From: a candidate division WOR-3 bacterium
Lineage (GTDB): Bacteria; Hydrothermota; Tepidihabitantia; Tepidihabitantales; Tepidihabitantaceae
DNA: 64,000 nucleotides
Reading direction: 5' to 3'
Assembly: GCA_037441285.1 (NCBI GenBank)
Contig: JBBISL010000001.1
Coordinates: 84,611-148,610, forward strand
Of this stretch, positions 54,177 to 63,646 are shown in pieces. Position 1 is the stretch's first letter. Each line of letters begins with the position of its first letter. The notes beneath the pieces were generated by a model. That model had not been told where the DNA came from, searched no databases, and saw nothing but the letters and a program-made list of their open reading frames with translations. Made by a program: the position numbers and the translations under genes.

Positions 54177-57053
54177 ATGCGTCAACTGTTTCTTGCCCCA
54201 TTTTCCTGTCCGAACGCCACCGAACAACTTCTTAGGGCGGTGTTAAAAACCGGTGTCTTACCTCAGGAAATTTTTTACTTTACGCCCAGCCCCCGAAAAC
54301 TACGCGCCACTCAGGTGCTCTTCGCTCAGATTTATGGTAAATCGGCATTTGTTCCGCCGGCATTCTTCACCCTGCGCCAGTTTGCCCTGAAACTCAACAG
54401 TGAGTATTGCGACCGGTGCCCCTTTCCCGATGAGTTAAAGCCCCTTCTCATTCGCCAGTTGTTTCTCCGCAAAAAGAAAAAAGTCACAATTGGTTATGCC
54501 CAGGTTGTTGCCCGATTTATCGAAGACCTGAAACGCCACATCACGCCCGAGGAACAGAACACTCTACCCGAACGGCTAAAGAAAATGGATGTATTCATTG
54601 GTCACGAAAAGGTACTCCAGCGTTTACTTGACGCCCACCAGATAATGAACGATTACAACAGCGCCCTTAATAAATCGGGCTGGATTGACAGCGAAGACAT
54701 TCTCAGTCAGGCACCACGGCTCCTTGAAAAAGTTCCCACAATAAAGGTCCTTATTTTTGACAGTTTTGTTGCACCCAACCGGCTCGAGATGGAACTTATT
54801 ACCGCGCTGATTGATAAGGCAGAACACACCTTTGCTTTAGGCTATGGTACCTCTGACCCTAATCCCGGTTACGACCTTGCCCGGATATTTAACGATTTTA
54901 TTCTCTCCCAACCGGGTTTTACATTGCACCCTTTAACCTTTGAAGACAACAAAGAAACAGTACCGACGATATGGCGTTTTCCTACCGCCGAAGACGAAGT
55001 TACTGGCATCTGCCGCCAACTACGCATTCAGGCAGAGGGGTCAGGATTAAAGAATACATATGTCGTCTTTCCCCGTCTTAACGAGTACGCACCGCTCGTG
55101 AACCGCATCTTTCGTCATTACGAAATCCCGTTCACCATCTATCCCGAATCACCGCTATCCTCATCGCCTGTGATAATTGCCGTGCTCGAACTCCTCAACG
55201 CCCTGAACACCGACTACGAACGGGTTTCCACGACCGCCGCATTCTCCTCCCCCTTCTTCCCCGGGCTCTTGCGCCTATCTGAAGACAACAACGCGATTGA
55301 CCCGCACACCGGACTAAATAGCCGTAACCGCGCCGCCCGGATGCTCAACATGGTCTCCCGCCGCGCCGGCATCATTAAAGGCAGAGAAAACTGGCACAAT
55401 ATTGCCGAAAGGATAATCCGTGCTGAAACACTGGACGAATCCGAACCGGAAGCCCGTTTCCTACGCGAAATTCAGCAACGCGTCCGTCAGGCGCTTGGTA
55501 TCACCGAAAAAATCCTTGAACCGGCAGATACACTCGGCAGTCAGGCACGCCGGCTCAAACAGTTTCTTGAAACCGTTGATTACGGCACCAACATCATGCC
55601 CGACGACCCAGTTGGTTCAGAAATGGTTGAAGACCGCAAAAAACTGTACGACATTCTTGACACTATCGTTGAATTTGAAGCCGAATTTGGCGGCAGTAAA
55701 GAAACTCGCACCGACTTCGTAAAAATTATCAATCAGTTACTATCCCTGAGCCCGAAAACTTCGGAACTGGACCAGCAAGGGGTTGTTGTCCTCGGTATGG
55801 AAGAAACGCTGGGTATCACCGCGGACAATTTGTACTTTGCCGGCTTAACCGAAAACGCCCTGCCCGGTGCCTATCAACCCGACCCGCTCATTCCCGAAAA
55901 GATAAGAAAACAACTGGGTCTGCCGGACATCGATTGGCATCGAGACTGGCAGCGATTTCACTTTCACCGCACGCTCGGTTCCTGCCTTAATCAACCATTC
56001 CTCAGTTTTCCTGAAACCCATGATGGCAATCCGGTGCTGTCCACACCTTTCCTGCCGGACATTAAACCCAGCCTTGATATTGCCGAACCCTGCCATCTTA
56101 CTGAAAACACCGTTATCTACTCAGAAATAGAACACCAACTCTATCTTGGAAAAATGTCAAATGTCACCTTCGAACAACTCACACATTCGGTTGACTTCTC
56201 AGCTGAGCCCGAGGCTCAGGAGATTATCAGTGACCGATTTGGTCCTGACTCCTACATTTCGGTTACCGCCCTGGAGCGCTATCGGCGCTGTCCATTTATT
56301 TTTTATCTTGAAGATGTGTTAGGGCTGGAAATAACACCGGAACCGGAGTATGTGGTTGATGCCCAGCAATGGGGTATTTTGCTCCACAACATCTTTAAAC
56401 TTATTTATTCCGGCGCCACCATCCCATCCCTGAAAGAAATTGAATCAAATGCCGAAAGGTTGCTCAACCGAGTTTTGAAAGATGCCGGATTACCCCGGTT
56501 CTGGGCTGAGGTAACCCGTCGGGTTTTCAAAAACATTTTGCCCCGGTTCATTGAACAGGAAAAGGAATTACGCAAAGAAGGATTTTTCCCTTCTAAAACT
56601 GAATATGTACTCAAGGGCGCCATCGCCCCGAACATTAAGGTGAAGGGTCGAATTGACCGCATCGACTCATCAGATACAGCGGTTCGAATTCTCGATTACA
56701 AAACCGGCGCCGACCTGATTTCCAAGCAGGATGTAATAAAATACCGCACCTATCTCCAATTACCACTTTATGCTCACCTGCTCACGGAACAAGCAGAGTT
56801 CGGGCAAAAGAATGTTGACAATATTGGTTTTTATCACATCCGCAGTGCCGAAATCAACTGGCTCGCCAAAAGAGAAACTACCGTTGCTGATTTAATTCAG
56901 GCGGCAATTCCAAACGCCGCTGAAATCGTTGAAGCCATCAGAATGGGTAAGTTTATTGCCCAACCCAGTAAGAAAAACAATTGTCGCAACTGCGACTTTC
57001 AATTCACCTGCGGTTATAAAACAGGGGCGTCTGAAGATGACAACGGAGGCTAA
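54177..57053 (+). CDS. addB: AddB/RexB-like helicase-nuclease subunit (PD-(D/E)XK nuclease with Fe-S cysteines)
   Basis: The C-terminal nuclease motif is GRIDRIDSSDTAVRILDYKTG. The four Cys, in YRRCPFIFY and CRNCDFQFTCG, fit the AddB iron-staple pattern. No intact Walker A is visible at the N-terminus. It sits immediately upstream of addA. Confidence 0.72.
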   Translation: MRQLFLAPFSCPNATEQLLRAVLKTGVLPQEIFYFTPSPRKLRATQVLFAQIYGKSAFVPPAFFTLRQFALKLNSEYCDRCPFPDELKPLLIRQLFLRKKKKVTIGYAQVVARFIEDLKRHITPEEQNTLPERLKKMDVFIGHEKVLQRLLDAHQIMNDYNSALNKSGWIDSEDILSQAPRLLEKVPTIKVLIFDSFVAPNRLEMELITALIDKAEHTFALGYGTSDPNPGYDLARIFNDFILSQPGFTLHPLTFEDNKETVPTIWRFPTAEDEVTGICRQLRIQAEGSGLKNTYVVFPRLNEYAPLVNRIFRHYEIPFTIYPESPLSSSPVIIAVLELLNALNTDYERVSTTAAFSSPFFPGLLRLSEDNNAIDPHTGLNSRNRAARMLNMVSRRAGIIKGRENWHNIAERIIRAETLDESEPEARFLREIQQRVRQALGITEKILEPADTLGSQARRLKQFLETVDYGTNIMPDDPVGSEMVEDRKKLYDILDTIVEFEAEFGGSKETRTDFVKIINQLLSLSPKTSELDQQGVVVLGMEETLGITADNLYFAGLTENALPGAYQPDPLIPEKIRKQLGLPDIDWHRDWQRFHFHRTLGSCLNQPFLSFPETHDGNPVLSTPFLPDIKPSLDIAEPCHLTENTVIYSEIEHQLYLGKMSNVTFEQLTHSVDFSAEPEAQEIISDRFGPDSYISVTALERYRRCPFIFYLEDVLGLEITPEPEYVVDAQQWGILLHNIFKLIYSGATIPSLKEIESNAERLLNRVLKDAGLPRFWAEVTRRVFKNILPRFIEQEKELRKEGFFPSKTEYVLKGAIAPNIKVKGRIDRIDSSDTAVRILDYKTGADLISKQDVIKYRTYLQLPLYAHLLTEQAEFGQKNVDNIGFYHIRSAEINWLAKRETTVADLIQAAIPNAAEIVEAIRMGKFIAQPSKKNNCRNCDFQFTCGYKTGASEDDNGG

Positions 57054-60000
57054 ATGAACGTACTTCAGAGCAAAGTGGTTTTTGCCCCAGCCGGTTCAGG
57101 CAAAACCGAGCAACTGAGCGAACGGTACATCCAACTGTTAAGGCAAAATGTTCCACCCGAACGGATTCTTACCATCACCTTCACCGACAAAGCAGCAACC
57201 GAAATGAAAGAACGGATTCTGAAAAAGGCGGCGGAAACAGACCCCAAACTCTCTCAACTCTTACGCGACAACATCTTGAGACTGCGGATTTCTACGATTC
57301 ATTCCTTCTGTTTTTCACTGGTACGCCGATTTGCCTATCTCCTCGATATTGACCCCAACCCTCAGGCGCTTACCGATTCTGAATCTTTGTGGTCACAAAC
57401 AAAGTACGACACCCTGATGAAAATCGCTGAAGAAAATGTGGATTCCAACGAGTACCGGTTGCTCCTTGACCTGATAACCACCGAAACTAAGCAAAACTGG
57501 GATAAGCTGTCGCAACTTTTTAATCAGCTCTTCAAACGGCGCATTGCTGCGCTCCGGGTTCAAACGCAAAATATATCAACATTTGAAATCTCTGAACTTG
57601 CCCGGCAATTAAAAAACCACCCCGTAACCAAATCTCAAATTGAAAATCATGAACCCCTTTTCCCGAAAAATTTCACTCCTGAAAATATTGAACTTGCCTA
57701 TCAACTATTAGAAAGAAATAAAGTGATATTTTTAACCCAGGAAAATGAGCCCCGGAAAAAAGGTTTCAACCCTCAAGAACAAAAGTGGGCGCAACTAATG
57801 ACACGCTATCGATGGTTGCTGCTCAACGCGCGTGCCCAGTACCAGTTTGCCAATCAGTTCTGGCTGTTTCGAGAAATTTTTCTCAAAACCTACGAAGAAG
57901 TGAAGCGCGAATTGGGACAGGTTGACTATGACGATATGGAACTTCTTGCTCTTAAACTTATCAGCCAGCATGATGAGTGGCAGAATATCCTCTATGCCTT
58001 TGATGAATGCACCGACCATATCCTGGTTGATGAATTTCAGGACACCTCCTTTCTCCAATGGGAAATCATTGACAAACTGACCGAAGAGTGGCGCGCCGGC
58101 GAAGGGGCAAAAACCGCTAAGGGTATTACCCCCACAATCTTTATTGTTGGGGACGACAAACAGTCAATTTATCTATTTCGGGGCGCCAATGTCGAGGTAT
58201 TTACGCGAGCCGCTGAGCGATTGGAAAACTGGCTGGGAAAAGAAAAGTTCAACCGTACCACCCTGAAAAACAACTACCGCTCGCTGCCGGCAATAATCCA
58301 CTTTAACAATACACTTTTTTCCCGGTTAATGGCACCCGGAACTGAACAACCAGCCTGGTGCACCCGCTATGCCCCATTTGTCTGTCAGCGCACCAGAAAT
58401 GGACCGGGTCGAGTGGAAATTGTCCTCCACCCGCCAGAAGAAAAAATCAACATCCCGGAAAGCCGACAGATTGATGCCCGGATTGTTGCCCGACGCATTC
58501 GCGCGCTGATTGATAACGGCTATCAAATTTACGAGCGCCAGTCCGACGGTAGTGAAAATCCTCGTCCCTGCCGTTACCAGGATATTGCCATCCTTATTCG
58601 CAACCGCACCCAGCTCGACGCCATTGAAAAAGCGTTGCGCGACTACTCAATTCCGTTTCTGGTAGTTGGGGGCACCGGATTCTACCAAGAAGCCGAAATC
58701 CGCTATCTTGCTGCCCTGACATCTTTTCTTATTGACCCGGCAGATGACATCGCCCTTTATATTACATTACGCAGCCCCTTATTCAGCATCAAAGAAAAAG
58801 ACCTGCTCGTCATCAGTAACGGCCAATACCCAGCTAAAAATTTTCCTCCTACCCTCTGGGAACGGGTAAGCGTGTTTGCCACTGATAACCACGAACTCAC
58901 AACTGCGGTCCAAATCCTCAACACCGCCCTTTCCCGGGTCAATTACGAACCGCTCCATTTGATTGTCGACCGAATTCTCACCCAGACCCGAGCATGGGAG
59001 AAGTTCTGGGAACCACAGCGCGCGGCTAATGTCAAAAAGTTCCTTCAGATTATTCAAAATATGGAACTTGAAGGTATCAACCTCTACCGCATCAAAAAAT
59101 TCCTCGAAGACAGCGAAAAAGACGAGGCACGTGCCGATGTCACGATTAGCGGAATGGATGTCGTCCAAATAATGACTGTGCATGCAGCAAAAGGTTTACA
59201 GTTTCCCATCGTATTTCACCCCGGACTAAATGAAGAAATCCTGGCACGAAATAGTTATAAAGAAGACCTGATCATCGACGAAACGATTAACGAACAGGGC
59301 ATCGTTGAAGCACAGGCATATTACCTACCCGACCGCGATGTTCGGAAAAACCATCCGGTTTTTCAAACCGTTCTCGAAAAGCAAATCGAGGAAGAGAAGC
59401 GGGTTTTTTATGTCGCCTGTACCCGTGCCTGTGATGCACTCTTTCTCACCGGCGTCTGGCAAATGAGTACCAAAACTGACGGGAAAGAAAAGACAAAACT
59501 TGACTGGTTAAAAAAACATCTCGGACTGAACTTTGATGGTAAGGAGTTTAAGTTTGAAAACGCTAACATCGAGAATGTCTATTGTATTAATGCCACCACC
59601 CTACCCGAACCTGTTTTACCAGTCCCGGAAGTGAAAGAAGGACCGAAACCGGTGGTCAAAAAGGGTCCAATTTCTCCGATTACATTACCGCAGGTCCGTT
59701 CCGTAACCCGTTATACACCCCACGACCATTCCCGGCATCACCCTGAAGCCATCGTCCTTGGTGATGTTTTTCATCGCCTCTTTGAAATGTTTTCAACCAG
59801 CCGATTGGCACCCGAAGACCCCGCACTTAAACAAGAAATTGTGCGGCTACTCCGTCAAAATTCCATTCCTCAGGACCGTTTAGATAAACTAACCCGGGTT
59901 GTAACAACGCAAATTAAACGAATCACCTCTTCCCCACTCTGGGAAATTATTATGCCGCAGCCCGACTCCTTCGCAGAGCTTCCCCTGATGTATCAAGACG

Positions 60001-60245
60001 GCGAGACCTTATGGAACTGCCGCATTGACCGATTGATTGTCCTACCCAATGAGGTGCGGGTGTATGATTACAAAACATTTCCGATAAAAGAAACCGAGAT
60101 TCCCACCCTGACCCAGGAGTATTACGAACTGCAACTTAAACATTACGCCGCTGCGGCTCGGTCAATGTTTCCCGATAAAAAGGTGAATGTATACCTGGTG
60201 TTCACCAGCGCTTTGCGTATTGTCCCGGTGTCTACCGAACCTTAA
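57054..60245 (+). CDS. addA: AddA-like UvrD/Rep superfamily-1 helicase with a C-terminal PD-(D/E)XK nuclease
   Basis: Walker A APAGSGKTEQL, ILVDEFQDTS, YRS, TVHAAKGLQFP and VACTRA motifs, plus the C-terminal IDRLIVLPNEVRVYDYKT nuclease motif. Confidence 0.85.
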   Translation: MNVLQSKVVFAPAGSGKTEQLSERYIQLLRQNVPPERILTITFTDKAATEMKERILKKAAETDPKLSQLLRDNILRLRISTIHSFCFSLVRRFAYLLDIDPNPQALTDSESLWSQTKYDTLMKIAEENVDSNEYRLLLDLITTETKQNWDKLSQLFNQLFKRRIAALRVQTQNISTFEISELARQLKNHPVTKSQIENHEPLFPKNFTPENIELAYQLLERNKVIFLTQENEPRKKGFNPQEQKWAQLMTRYRWLLLNARAQYQFANQFWLFREIFLKTYEEVKRELGQVDYDDMELLALKLISQHDEWQNILYAFDECTDHILVDEFQDTSFLQWEIIDKLTEEWRAGEGAKTAKGITPTIFIVGDDKQSIYLFRGANVEVFTRAAERLENWLGKEKFNRTTLKNNYRSLPAIIHFNNTLFSRLMAPGTEQPAWCTRYAPFVCQRTRNGPGRVEIVLHPPEEKINIPESRQIDARIVARRIRALIDNGYQIYERQSDGSENPRPCRYQDIAILIRNRTQLDAIEKALRDYSIPFLVVGGTGFYQEAEIRYLAALTSFLIDPADDIALYITLRSPLFSIKEKDLLVISNGQYPAKNFPPTLWERVSVFATDNHELTTAVQILNTALSRVNYEPLHLIVDRILTQTRAWEKFWEPQRAANVKKFLQIIQNMELEGINLYRIKKFLEDSEKDEARADVTISGMDVVQIMTVHAAKGLQFPIVFHPGLNEEILARNSYKEDLIIDETINEQGIVEAQAYYLPDRDVRKNHPVFQTVLEKQIEEEKRVFYVACTRACDALFLTGVWQMSTKTDGKEKTKLDWLKKHLGLNFDGKEFKFENANIENVYCINATTLPEPVLPVPEVKEGPKPVVKKGPISPITLPQVRSVTRYTPHDHSRHHPEAIVLGDVFHRLFEMFSTSRLAPEDPALKQEIVRLLRQNSIPQDRLDKLTRVVTTQIKRITSSPLWEIIMPQPDSFAELPLMYQDGETLWNCRIDRLIVLPNEVRVYDYKTFPIKETEIPTLTQEYYELQLKHYAAAARSMFPDKKVNVYLVFTSALRIVPVSTEP

Positions 60246-60296
60246 TTTAAAAAGCCGGCGTTACATCGCCATTCTTCAAAATTATTTACATTTTGC

Positions 60297-60324
60297 TTGA
60301 CACCTAATTGGTTTGCTCTAAACT
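60297..60324 (+). promoter_or_regulatory. sigma70-type promoter abutting the first gene of the membrane operon (leaderless prediction)
   Basis: TTGACA 60297-60302, 16-nt spacer, TAAACT 60319-60324, ATG at 60333 (8-nt gap). The ORF-track TTG start at 60297 is the -35 box. Confidence 0.55.
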
Positions 60325-60332
60325 CCAATTTA

Positions 60333-61415
60333 ATGTGGCACTTAATTTTACTATTCATTGCGATTTTACCACCAACCGACATCACCGTCTGCGATGTTCC
60401 CAACGACGAAGGCGGCAAACTCCTTGTCACCTGGCAGAAATCACCCGACACAACTGTGATCAGTTACCGGGTGTTACGCCAACAGCAAGGCTCAGAAGAG
60501 TGGGAGACACTCGCCTTTGTCGGCAGACTCACATCTCGTTATGTCGATGACGAAGTACAAAACAAGGTACCCTATCGCTACAAAATCCTCGCCGCATCAA
60601 CAACAGAAACTGCTGAATCTGAAGCGTCCCAATTTGCCATCGCTATCCCGCAGTGGTTTGACAAATCAACAGTCCCTGCTCTCATTGGCACCATAGTATT
60701 AAGTTTAATTTTTGTCTATTTTATCAACCGGGCAAAAAGGAACCGTTCCCTGTTTATCCGCCGAATCACCGGATTAGATGCTGTGGAAGAAGCGCTGGGC
60801 AGAGCAACTGAAATGGGACGAGCAACTTTGTATGTCCCCGGACTCTCAACCGTGAGCGATGTTGCGACCATCGCCTCATTAAACATCCTGGGCGAAGTGG
60901 CAAAAAAGACCGCCCAATTCGGAACTCCGTTAATCGTTCCCACCAGTGACCCGATTGTTTACACCGTTGCTCGCGAAGTTGTCAAGGAATCTTACACTAC
61001 AGCGGGCCGTCCTGACGCATTCCATCAGGACATCGTCTTCTTTGTTACCGACCAGCAATTCGCCTTTGCTGCCGCGGTTGACGGCATTATGACCCGAGAA
61101 AAGCCTGCCACCAACTTTCTGATTGGGATGTTCTGGGCGGAATCTCTGATTCTTGCCGAAACCGGTGCGGCAACTGGTGCAATTCAGATTGCCGGCACCG
61201 ATGCCATTGCCCAGTTACCGTTCTTTATCACCGCCTGCGACTACACTCTGATTGGTGAAGAGCTTTATGCGGCAAGCGCCTACATCTCGCGCGAACCCCT
61301 GCTTCTCGGCGCTATTAAGGGTCAGGATTACTCCAAGGCGCTAATCACGATTTTGATTCTTTTAATGTCCTTGCTCGCGTTGGGTTTTAATCTACCCGTG
61401 CTCAACTGGCTTTAA
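60333..61415 (+). CDS. uncharacterised membrane protein: signal or anchor, FN3-like ectodomain, TM helix, a domain of about 210 aa, C-terminal TM helix
   Basis: MWHLILLFIAILPP leader. The FN3-like pattern is GGKLLVTWQKSPDTTVISYRVLRQQ...YVDDEVQNKVPYRYKILA. TM helix VPALIGTIVLSLIFVYFI is followed by the basic stretch NRAKRNR. I recognise no family for the remainder. Confidence 0.6.
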   Translation: MWHLILLFIAILPPTDITVCDVPNDEGGKLLVTWQKSPDTTVISYRVLRQQQGSEEWETLAFVGRLTSRYVDDEVQNKVPYRYKILAASTTETAESEASQFAIAIPQWFDKSTVPALIGTIVLSLIFVYFINRAKRNRSLFIRRITGLDAVEEALGRATEMGRATLYVPGLSTVSDVATIASLNILGEVAKKTAQFGTPLIVPTSDPIVYTVAREVVKESYTTAGRPDAFHQDIVFFVTDQQFAFAAAVDGIMTREKPATNFLIGMFWAESLILAETGAATGAIQIAGTDAIAQLPFFITACDYTLIGEELYAASAYISREPLLLGAIKGQDYSKALITILILLMSLLALGFNLPVLNWL

Positions 61416-61445
61416 GGAGGTATTATCCAGCGCCGCATACCTTTA

Positions 61446-62093
61446 TTGATTGTCCTTATCACCGGTATCTTTGGTGCCGTTGCCTTCTTTGTTCCCTATC
61501 CCGCAATCCGCAGTGCCGATGAGATTATGCGCAACGATGTCCAGCGCATCATCGCCGCTTTCAGTCTTGTGCTCGGTGTCGGTTCAATCGTTCAGCACCA
61601 CCTGATTAAAATTCAACGCAAAACCCAATTCTGGCAATACAGTTACATCACTCTTATCGCCCTGGTTGTTACCGCAATTATCGGCTTATTTGGCGGTATT
61701 GATGTCACCCGCCCTGGAATTTTACCAACGCGTATCGGCAACTTCTCATTCCACATTCAAACGATTTACTCCAATATGATGGTTCCCCTTGCCGCGACGA
61801 TGTTTTCGCTTTTAGCCTTCTTTATGTCTTCTGCCGCCTATCGTGCCTTCCGGGCACGCAACCTTGAAGCAACGCTGTTACTCCTTGCCGCATTCATAAT
61901 GATGCTGGGCGCAGTTCCGCTCGGTAGACTGATTCATCACCAACTGCCCGCTTTCGCTGAATGGATCCTTGCCGTGCCCAATACCGCTTCTAAACGGGGC
62001 ATCCTGTTTGGCGTTGAATTGGGTATCTTCGCCACCTCATTGAAAATCATTCTCGGTATTGAACGCGGCTGGTTGGGTGGAGGTGGAAAATGA
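61446..62093 (+). CDS. uncharacterised polytopic membrane protein (about 5-6 TM helices); start uncertain
   Basis: It is hydrophobic throughout. AAGGAGG at 61414-61420 is 25 nt from the TTG at 61446. The frame is open from 61416, with ATT at 61422 and ATC at 61425 at proper Shine-Dalgarno spacing. Confidence 0.55.
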   Translation: MIVLITGIFGAVAFFVPYPAIRSADEIMRNDVQRIIAAFSLVLGVGSIVQHHLIKIQRKTQFWQYSYITLIALVVTAIIGLFGGIDVTRPGILPTRIGNFSFHIQTIYSNMMVPLAATMFSLLAFFMSSAAYRAFRARNLEATLLLLAAFIMMLGAVPLGRLIHHQLPAFAEWILAVPNTASKRGILFGVELGIFATSLKIILGIERGWLGGGGK

Positions 62094-62986
62094 GCACCCC
62101 CCGGGAAAACATACTTATCCGACTTCAGAAAATTGACCGCCGCTGGATTTACCTTGTGCTGTGGTTAGTGGTGATGATACCATTGCTTTTCCCGTTTAGA
62201 ATTAAACCTCAACCTTCATCAACGGTAGAAAAACTTTTTAACTACATTGATACAATGCCGGAAAACAAGGCGCTGGCGATTTCCGTTGACTTCACTCCTG
62301 ACACCAGAGCTGAACTCCAGCCAATGGTTGTTGCTTTAATGCGCCATGCCTTTGCCCAGAAACGCCGGGTAGGAATTCTCGCCATTTCGGTTTACGGATT
62401 GGGATTAGCAGAGGAAGCAATTCAGCAGGTAACAACCGAATTCAACAGCAATGCCCGAACCCGTGAAGACTCCATTATCTATGGTGAAGACTATGTATTC
62501 TGGGGCTGGACAACGCCGGTACTCACCGTGATGCTCGGTATGGGTGAACGCATTACCAGTGTCTTCCCGGTTGACTACTATGGCAATCGCACCGAAAGCC
62601 TGCCGATTATGCGTCACATCAAAAATTATGACGATATCGGCATTCTCGTGACAATCGCCGCTTCTGCAATCCCCCGGTCCTGGATAAATTACGCTCAGGT
62701 CCAATTTGGTGTCAACTTAAGTTGTGGTATCACCGCGGTCTCGGCGGCTGATTTTTACCCGTATGTCAACTCCGGCCAATTCATCGGGATGCTTGCCGGA
62801 ATGAAAGGTGCCGCCGAATATGAGCAACTTGTTGACGAACGAATGAAGAAGAACGGTATGGATTGGGCATTGCGCAATCGAGGTACCGAAGCGATGTCCT
62901 CTCAAACTGCGGCGCACCTGGCGATTATGGCATTTATTCTCATCGGCAACATCGCCTTCTTCGCAACAAGGAGGAGGAGAAAATGA
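62090..62986 (+). CDS. uncharacterised bitopic membrane protein (N- and C-terminal TM helices flanking a domain of about 230 aa)
   Basis: ATGA overlap with the upstream gene. The TM helices are WIYLVLWLVVMIPLLFPF and AAHLAIMAFILIGNIAFFA, the latter followed by RRRRK. Confidence 0.6.
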   Translation: MSTPRENILIRLQKIDRRWIYLVLWLVVMIPLLFPFRIKPQPSSTVEKLFNYIDTMPENKALAISVDFTPDTRAELQPMVVALMRHAFAQKRRVGILAISVYGLGLAEEAIQQVTTEFNSNARTREDSIIYGEDYVFWGWTTPVLTVMLGMGERITSVFPVDYYGNRTESLPIMRHIKNYDDIGILVTIAASAIPRSWINYAQVQFGVNLSCGITAVSAADFYPYVNSGQFIGMLAGMKGAAEYEQLVDERMKKNGMDWALRNRGTEAMSSQTAAHLAIMAFILIGNIAFFATRRRRK

Positions 62987-63627
62987 ACCTGTCAACCGAC
63001 CCTTGGGTCTGGATTGCCGCAATTTTGACCCTGGCAATCTTCTCATTTCTTTACAAAGAGAATCCCTTCTACCGTTTTGCTGAACATCTCTATGTAGGTA
63101 TTGCCAACGGCTATGCAATAACCTTTTACTGGCATCGGATTCTTGTCCCATCCCTTTTTGACCGGGTTGGGTCTGCCCAAACACCGGTTTCCACCAAAGT
63201 CTGGCTCATCGCCATCGCCATCATCGGCGCCCTTTACTTTACCCGGTTCATCCCGAAAATCTCCTGGCTGATTCGCATTCCCATTGCCATTGTCCTCGGT
63301 TACGCGTCCGGAACATCAATCCCCCGGGCAATTGACGCCGAACTTATCCGGCAGGCAAAAGCGACCATTGTTACCCGGACGAGTTTTGCCCACTGGCAGG
63401 CAGGACTCTGGGCAGTAATCATCCTCTTCGGCGTTATCGCAACCATCAGTTACTTCTTCTTCTCCACCGAACGTAAAGGTGTTCTTAAACCGTTAAGTTA
63501 TACCGGCATCATTTTCATAATGATTGGGTTTGGCGCCTCATTTGGCTATACGGTAATGGCGCGGCTCTCCTTATTTATTGGCAGACTCCAGTTCTTATTG
63601 GGCGACTGGCTCGGACTGATAAAATAG
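62983..63627 (+). CDS. uncharacterised polytopic membrane protein (about 6 TM helices)
   Basis: GGAGGAGGAG Shine-Dalgarno site, ATGA overlap with the upstream gene, and N-terminus MNLSTDPWVWIAAILTLAIFSFLYKENPFYRFAEHLYVG. The ORF-track start at 62863 lies inside the upstream gene. Confidence 0.6.
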   Translation: MNLSTDPWVWIAAILTLAIFSFLYKENPFYRFAEHLYVGIANGYAITFYWHRILVPSLFDRVGSAQTPVSTKVWLIAIAIIGALYFTRFIPKISWLIRIPIAIVLGYASGTSIPRAIDAELIRQAKATIVTRTSFAHWQAGLWAVIILFGVIATISYFFFSTERKGVLKPLSYTGIIFIMIGFGASFGYTVMARLSLFIGRLQFLLGDWLGLIK

Positions 63628-63646
63628 CACCCAAAAATGAGGACAA

